From positions 1-43,499 of the forward strand of contig NEEC01000177.1 in assembly GCA_002189035.1 (NCBI GenBank): a DNA stretch of 43,499 bases. Reading direction: 5' to 3'. A program made the translations under genes and the position numbers. The notes under the pieces were generated by a model that worked only from the letters and a program-made list of their open reading frames with translations, was not told the DNA's origin and searched no databases. This document shows, in pieces, positions 36,201 through 43,499 of the stretch. The DNA comes from Utricularia gibba. Lineage: Eukaryota > Plantae > Magnoliophyta. The first letter of the stretch is position 1. Every line of letters begins with the position of its first letter.

Positions 36201-39200
36201 AAATAATGATGCATTTGTTTAAAGTAAGATGTCACGTGCACCCCACATGATTTTTTCAACAACTTACTTTATACTTGAGGAGGCGGTCTTGGGGGCACCT
36301 AGAACGGGACAAAGGTCAGGTTGGGTTAGGGCCGAAAGTTAGTTGTAGCCTGGCAACTAAAGCGATGCACTTATTAACGTTCGGTTTTCAGGGGCTTCCT
36401 ACAAGGTTTTTCAAGGAACAACTTCTCGTTTTGTGTCGGCCACTCTCACTGGGCACTTGGTCCGGCGCTGCGTTCGGTCCGGCTCATGAGCCCAACCGGG
36501 TGCGAGTCGACGAAAATAATGATGCATTTGTTTAAAGTAAGATGTCACGTGCACCCCACATGATTTTTTCAACAACTTACTTTATACTTGAGGAGGCGGT
36601 CTTGGGGGGCACCTAGAACGGGACAAAGGTCAGGTTGGGTTAGGGCCGAAAGTTAGTTGTAGCCTGGCAACTAAAGCGATGCACTTATTAACGTTCGGTT
36701 TTCAGGGGCTTCCTACAAGGTTTTTCAAGGAACAACTTCTCGTTTTGTGTCGGCCACTCTCACTGGGCACTTGGTCCGGCGCTGCGTTCGGTCCGGCTCA
36801 TGAGCCCAACCGGGTGCGAGTCGACGAAAATAATGATGCATTTGTTTAAAGTAAGATGTCACGTGCACCCCACATGATTTTTTCAACAACTTACTTTATA
36901 CTTGAGGAGGCGGTCTTGGGGGCACCTAGAACGGGACAAAGGTCAGGTTGGGTTAGGGCCGAAAGTTAGTTGTAGCCTGGCAACTAAAGCGATGCACTTA
37001 TTAACGTTCGGTTTTCAGGGGCTTCCTACAAGGTTTTTCAAGGAACAACTTCTCGTTTTGTGTCGGCCACTCTCACTGGGCACTTGGTCCGGCGCTGCGT
37101 TCGGTCCGGCTCATGAGCCCAACCGGGTGCGAGTCGACGAAAATAATGATGCATTTGTTTAAAGTAAGATGTCACGTGCACCCCACATGATTTTTTCAAC
37201 AACTTACTTTATACTTGAGGAGGCGGTCTTGGGGGCACCTAGAACGGGACAAAGGTCAGGTTGGGTTAGGGCCGAAAGTTAGTTGTAGCCTGGCAACTAA
37301 AGCGATGCACTTATTAACGTTCGGTTTTCAGGGGCTTCCTACAAGGTTTTTCAAGGAACAACTTCTCGTTTTGTGTCGGCCACTCTCACTGGGCACTTGG
37401 TCCGGCGCTGCGTTCGGTCCGGCTCATGAGCCCAACCGGGTGCGAGTCGACGAAAATAATGATGCATTTGTTTAAAGTAAGATGTCACGTGCACCCCACA
37501 TGATTTTTTCAACAACTTACTTTATACTTGAGGAGGCGGTCTTGGGGGGCACCTAGAACGGGACAAAGGTCAGGTTGGGTTAGGGCCGAAAGTTAGTTGT
37601 AGCCTGGCAACTAAAGCGATGCACTTATTAACGTTCGGTTTTCAGGGGCTTCCTACAAGGTTTTTCAAGGAACAACTTCTCGTTTTGTGTCGGCCACTCT
37701 CACTGGGCACTTGGTCCGGCGCTGCGTTCGGTCCGGCTCATGAGCCCAACCGGGTGCGAGTCGACGAAAATAATGATGCATTTGTTTAAAGTAAGATGTC
37801 ACGTGCACCCCACATGATTTTTTCAACAACTTACTTTATACTTGAGGAGGCGGTCTTGGGGGCACCTAGAACGGGACAAAGGTCAGGTTGGGTTAGGGCC
37901 GAAAGTTAGTTGTAGCCTGGCAACTAAAGCGATGCACTTATTAACGTTCGGTTTTCAGGGGCTTCCTACAAGGTTTTTCAAGGAACAACTTCTCGTTTTG
38001 TGTCGGCCACTCTCACTGGGCACTTGGTCCGGCGCTGCGTTCGGTCCGGCTCATGAGCCCAACCGGGTGCGAGTCGACGAAAATAATGATGCATTTGTTT
38101 AAAGTAAGATGTCACGTGCACCCCACATGATTTTTTCAACAACTTACTTTATACTTGAGGAGGCGGTCTTGGGGGGCACCTAGAACGGGACAAAGGTCAG
38201 GTTGGGTTAGGGCCGAAAGTTAGTTGTAGCCTGGCAACTAAAGCGATGCACTTATTAACGTTCGGTTTTCAGGGGCTTCCTACAAGGTTTTTCAAGGAAC
38301 AACTTCTCGTTTTGTGTCGGCCACTCTCACTGGGCACTTGGTCCGGCGCTGCGTTCGGTCCGGCTCATGAGCCCAACCGGGTGCGAGTCGACGAAAATAA
38401 TGATGCATTTGTTTAAAGTAAGATGTCACGTGCACCCCACATGATTTTTTCAACAACTTACTTTATACTTGAGGAGGCGGTCTTGGGGGGCACCTAGAAC
38501 GGGACAAAGGTCAGGTTGGGTTAGGGCCGAAAGTTAGTTGTAGCCTGGCAACTAAAGCGATGCACTTATTAACGTTCGGTTTTCAGGGGCTTCCTACAAG
38601 GTTTTTCAAGGAACAACTTCTCGTTTTGTGTCGGCCACTCTCACTGGGCACTTGGTCCGGCGCTGCGTTCGGTCCGGCTCATGAGCCCAACCGGGTGCGA
38701 GTCGACGAAAATAATGATGCATTTGTTTAAAGTAAGATGTCACGTGCACCCCACATGATTTTTTCAACAACTTACTTTATACTTGAGGAGGCGGTCTGGG
38801 GGCACCTAGAACGGGACAAAGGTCAGGTTGGGTTAGGGCCGAAAGTTAGTTGTAGCCTGGCAACTAAAGCGATGCACTTATTAACGTTCGGTTTTCAGGG
38901 GCTTCCTACAAGGTTTTTCAAGGAACAACTTCTCGTTTTGTGTCGGCCACTCTCACTGGGCACTTGGTCCGGCGCTGCGTTCGGTCCGGCTCATGAGCCC
39001 AACCGGGTGCGAGTCGACGAAAATAATGATGCATTTGTTTAAAGTAAGATGTCACGTGCACCCCACATGATTTTTTCAACAACTTACTTTATACTTGAGG
39101 AGGCGGTCTTGGGGGGCACCTAGAACGGGACAAAGGTCAGGTTGGGTTAGGGCCGAAAGTTAGTTGTAGCCTGGCAACTAAAGCGATGCACTTATTAACG

Positions 39201-42200
39201 TTCGGTTTTCAGGGGCTTCCTACAAGGTTTTTCAAGGAACAACTTCTCGTTTTGTGTCGGCCACTCTCACTGGGCACTTGGTCCGGCGCTGCGTTCGGTC
39301 CGGCTCATGAGCCCAACCGGGTGCGAGTCGACGAAAATAATGATGCATTTGTTTAAAGTAAGATGTCACGTGCACCCCACATGATTTTTTCAACAACTTA
39401 CTTTATACTTGAGGAGGCGGTCTTGGGGGGCACCTAGAACGGGACAAAGGTCAGGTTGGGTTAGGGCCGAAAGTTAGTTGTAGCCTGGCAACTAAAGCGA
39501 TGCACTTATTAACGTTCGGTTTTCAGGGGCTTCCTACAAGGTTTTTCAAGGAACAACTTCTCGTTTTGTGTCGGCCACTCTCACTGGGCACTTGGTCCGG
39601 CGCTGCGTTCGGTCCGGCTCATGAGCCCAACCGGGTGCGAGTCGACGAAAATAATGATGCATTTGTTTAAAGTAAGATGTCACGTGCACCCCACATGATT
39701 TTTTCAACAACTTACTTTATACTTGAGGAGGCGGTCTTGGGGGGCACCTAGAACGGGACAAAGGTCAGGTTGGGTTAGGGCCGAAAGTTAGTTGTAGCCT
39801 GGCAACTAAAGCGATGCACTTATTAACGTTCGGTTTCAGGGGCTTCCTACAAGGTTTTTCAAGGAACAACTTCGTTTTGTGTCGGCCACTCTCACTGGGC
39901 ACTTGGTCCGGCGCTGCGTTCGGTCCGGCTCATGAGCCCAACCGGGTGCGAGTCGACGAAAATAATGATGCATTTGTTTAAAGTAAGATGTCACGTGCAC
40001 CCCACATGATTTTTTCAACAACTTACTTTATACTTGAGGAGGCGGTTGGGGGCACCTAGAACGGGACAAAGGTCAGGTTGGGTTAGGGCCGAAAGTTAGT
40101 TGTAGCCTGGCAACTAAAGCGATGCACTTATTAACGTTCGGTTTTCAGGGGCTTCCTACAAGGTTTTTCAAGGAACAACTTCTCGTTTTGTGTCGGCCAC
40201 TCTCACTGGGCACTTGGTCCGGCGCTGCGTTCGGTCCGGCTCATGAGCCCAACCGGGTGCGAGTCGACGAAAATAATGATGCATTTGTTTAAAGTAAGAT
40301 GTCACGTGCACCCCACATGATTTTTTCAACAACTTACTTTATACTTGAGGAGGCGGTCTTGGGGGCACCTAGAACGGGACAAAGGTCAGGTTGGGTTAGG
40401 GCCGAAAGTTAGTTGTAGCCTGGCAACTAAAGCGATGCACTTATTAACGTTCGGTTTTCAGGGGCTTCCTACAAGGTTTTTCAAGAACAACTTCTCGTTT
40501 TGTGTCGGCCACTTCACTGGGCACTTGGTCCGGCGCTGCGTTCGGTCCGGCTCATGAGCCCAACCGGGTGCGAGTCGACGAAAATAATGATGCATTTGTT
40601 TAAAGTAAGATGTCACGTGCACCCCACATGATTTTTTCAACAACTTACTTTATACTTGAGGAGGCGGTCTTGGGGGGCACCTAGAACGGACAAAGGTCAG
40701 GTTGGGTTAGGGCCGAAAGTTAGTTGTAGCCTGGCAACTAAAGCGATGCACTTATTAACGTTCGGTTTTCAGGGGCTTCCTACAAGGTTTTTCAAGGAAC
40801 AACTTCTCGTTTTGTGTCGGCCACTCTCACTGGCACTTGGTCCGGCGCTGCGTTCGGTCCGGCTCATGAGCCCAACCGGGTGCGAGTCGACGAAAATAAT
40901 GATGCATTTGTTTAAAGTAAGATGTCACGTGCACCCCACATGATTTTTTCAACAACTTACTTTATACTTGAGGAGGCGGTCTTGGGGGCACCTAGAACGG
41001 GACAAAGGTCAGGTTGGGTTAGGGCCGAAAGTTAGTTGTAGCCTGGCAACTAAAGCGATGCACTTATTAACGTTCGGTTTTCAGGGCTTCCTACAAGGTT
41101 TTTCAAGGAACAACTTCTCGTTTTGTGTCGGCCACTCTCACTGGCACTTGGTCCGGCGCTGCGTTCGGTCCGGCTCATGAGCCCAACCGGGTGCGAGTCG
41201 ACGAAAATAATGATGCATTTGTTTAAAGTAAGATGTCACGTGCACCCCACATGATTTTTTCAACAACTTACTTTATACTTGAGGAGGCGGTCTTGGGGGC
41301 ACCTAGAACGGGACAAAGGTCAGGTTGGGTTAGGGCCGAAAGTTAGTTGTAGCCTGGCAACTAAAGCGATGCACTTATTAACGTTCGGTTTTCAGGGGCT
41401 TCCTACAAGGTTTTTCAAGGAACAACTTCTCGTTTTGTGTCGGCCACTCTCACTGGGCACTTGGTCCGGCGCTGCGTTCGGTCCGGCTCATGAGCCCAAC
41501 CGGGTGCGAGTCGACGAAAATAATGATGCATTTGTTTAAAGTAAGATGTCACGTGCACCCCACATGATTTTTTCAACAACTTACTTTATACTTGAGGAGG
41601 CGGTCTTGGGGGGCACCTAGAACGGGACAAAGGTCAGGTTGGGTTAGGGCCGAAAGTTAGTTGTAGCCTGGCAACTAAAGCGATGCACTTATTAACGTTC
41701 GGTTTTCAGGGGCTTCCTACAAGGTTTTTCAAGGAACAACTTCTCGTTTTGTGTCGGCCACTCTCACTGGGCACTTGGTCCGGCGCTGCGTTCGGTCCGG
41801 CTCATGAGCCCAACCGGGTGCGAGTCGACGAAAATAATGATGCATTTGTTTAAAGTAAGATGTCACGTGCACCCCACATGATTTTTTCAACAACTTACTT
41901 TATACTTGAGGAGGCGGTCTTGGGGGCACCTAGAACGGACAAAGGTCAGGTTGGGTTAGGGCCGAAAGTTAGTTGTAGCCTGGCAACTAAAGCGATGCAC
42001 TTATTAACGTTCGGTTTTCAGGGGCTTCCTACAAGGTTTTTCAAGGAACAACTTCTCGTTTTGTGTCGGCCACTCTCACTGGGCACTTGGTCCGGCGCTG
42101 CGTTCGGTCCGGCTCATGAGCCCAACCGGGTGCGAGTCGACGAAAATAATGATGCATTTGTTTAAAGTAAGATGTCACGTGCACCCCACATGATTTTTTC

Positions 42201-43499
42201 AACAACTTACTTTATACTTGAGGAGGCGGTCTTGGGGGCACCTAGAACGGGACAAAGGTCAGGTTGGGTTAGGGCCGAAAGTTAGTTGTAGCCTGGCAAC
42301 TAAAGCGATGCACTTATTAACGTTCGGTTTTCAGGGGCTTCCTACAAGGTTTTTCAAGGAACAACTTCTCGTTTGTGTCGGCCACTCTCACTGGGCACTT
42401 GGTCCGGCGCTGCGTTCGGTCCGGCTCATGAGCCCAACCGGGTGCGAGTCGACGAAAATAATGATGCATTTGTTTAAAGTAAGATGTCACGTGCACCCCA
42501 CATGATTTTTTCAACAACTTACTTTATACTTGAGGAGGCGGTCTTGGGGGCACCTAGAACGGGACAAAGGTCAGGTTGGGTTAGGGCCGAAAGTTAGTTG
42601 TAGCCTGGCAACTAAAGCGATGCACTTATTAACGTTCGGTTTTCAGGGGCTTCCTACAAGGTTTTTCAAGGAACAACTTCTCGTTTTGTGTCGGCCACTC
42701 TCACTGGGCACTTGGTCCGGCGCTGCGTTCGGTCCGGCTCATGAGCCCAACCGGGTGCGAGTCGACGAAAATAATGATGCATTTGTTTAAAGTAAGATGT
42801 CACGTGCACCCCACATGATTTTTTCAACAACTTACTTTATACTTGAGGAGGCGGTCTTGGGGGGCACCTAGAACGGACAAAGGTCAGTTGGGTTAGGGCC
42901 GAAAGTTAGTTGTAGCCTGGCAACTAAAGCGATGCACTTATTAACGTTCGGTTTTCAGGGGCTTCCTACAAGGTTTTTAAGGAACAACTTCTCGTTTTGT
43001 GTCGGCCACTCTCACTGGCACTTGGTCCGGCGCTGCGTTCGGTCCGGCTCATGAGCCCAACCGGGTGCGAGTCGACGAAAATAATGATGCATTTGTTTAA
43101 AGTAAGATGTCACGTGCACCCACATGATTTTTTCAACAACTTACTTTATACTTGAGGAGGCGGTCTTGGGGCACCTAGAACGGGACAAAGGTCAGGTGGT
43201 TAGGGCCGAAAGTTAGTTGTAGCCTGGCAACTAAAGCGATGCACTTATTAACGTTCGGTTTTCAGGGCTTCCTACAAGGTTTTTCAAGGAACAACTTCTC
43301 GTTTTGTGTCGGCCACTCTCACTGGGCACTTGGTCCGGCGCTGCGTTCGGTCCGGCTCATGAGCCCAACCGGGTGCGAGTCGACGAAAATAATGATGCAT
43401 TTGTTTAAAGTAAGATGTCACGTGCACCCCACATGATTTTTTCAACAACTTACTTTATACTTGAGGAGGCGGTCTTGGGGGGCACCTAGAACGGGACAA

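Larger units (their letters stand above)
1..43499. repeat. Head-to-tail tandem array (satellite DNA-like) of a 314-bp unit, about 148 copies, running off both window edges
   Basis: The unit CGTTCGGTTTTCAGGGG...GATGCACTTATTAA recurs continuously from base 1 to the end, and the last copy is truncated at about unit position 249. In the clean zone GTCGAC starts at 32117, 32431 and 32745, a spacing of 314. The copy number is a manual count of the GAGTCGACGAAAA region or its remnants. There are no inversions and no non-repeat DNA. Confidence 0.99.
26300..43499. repeat. Near-perfect segment of the array (about 55 copies differing mainly by 1-bp homopolymer deletions)
   Basis: Unit lengths are about 311-314 bp. 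The main variant is G6 vs G5 in TCTTGGGGGGCAC. The cleanest stretch is about 28.7-39.8 kb, and single-base deletions rise slightly after about 39.8 kb. Confidence 0.9.

Noticed and set aside
808-43436. All ORFs in the supplied track (MRRRSWGHLERDKGQ..., MHLLTFGFQGLPTRFF..., MLKKSCGVHVTSYF... and variants)
   Set aside because: They are translations of the same repeat, and their starts, ends and frames change with 1-bp homopolymer deletions. The consensus has only an 85-codon stop-to-stop frame (56 aa from the ATG), most listed starts are TTG or GTG, and I recognise no domain. Because 314 is not a multiple of 3 and stops are present, no multi-unit ORF exists.
1-43499. CRISPR array
   Set aside because: There are no unique spacers, because the entire 314-bp unit repeats, and there are no cas genes.

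Overview
The whole 43,499-bp window is one head-to-tail, single-orientation tandem array of a 314-bp unit. I count about 148 copies by hand, at about 50% GC, with no unique sequence, no insertions of foreign DNA and no credible genes. A perfect reference copy lies at 32931-33244, and all unit positions below refer to it. The main hidden structure is that the 314-bp unit is a dimer of two diverged ~157-bp subunits (about 55% identical by manual alignment), the usual architecture of a nucleosome-length eukaryotic satellite. One block of subunit A resembles the grass CentC/CentO centromeric satellites as I recall them; this needs a database check. Copies differ almost only by deletions and homopolymer length changes, with almost no substitutions. 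Deletion load peaks at about 17.6-26.3 kb and is near zero at about 28.7-39.8 kb. This points to long-read or consensus error, and it leaves open whether the array is chromosomal, a collapsed assembly, or a rolling-circle concatemer of a 314-bp circle. The ORFs in the supplied track are translations of the repeat. I found no protein-coding or CRISPR-type system.
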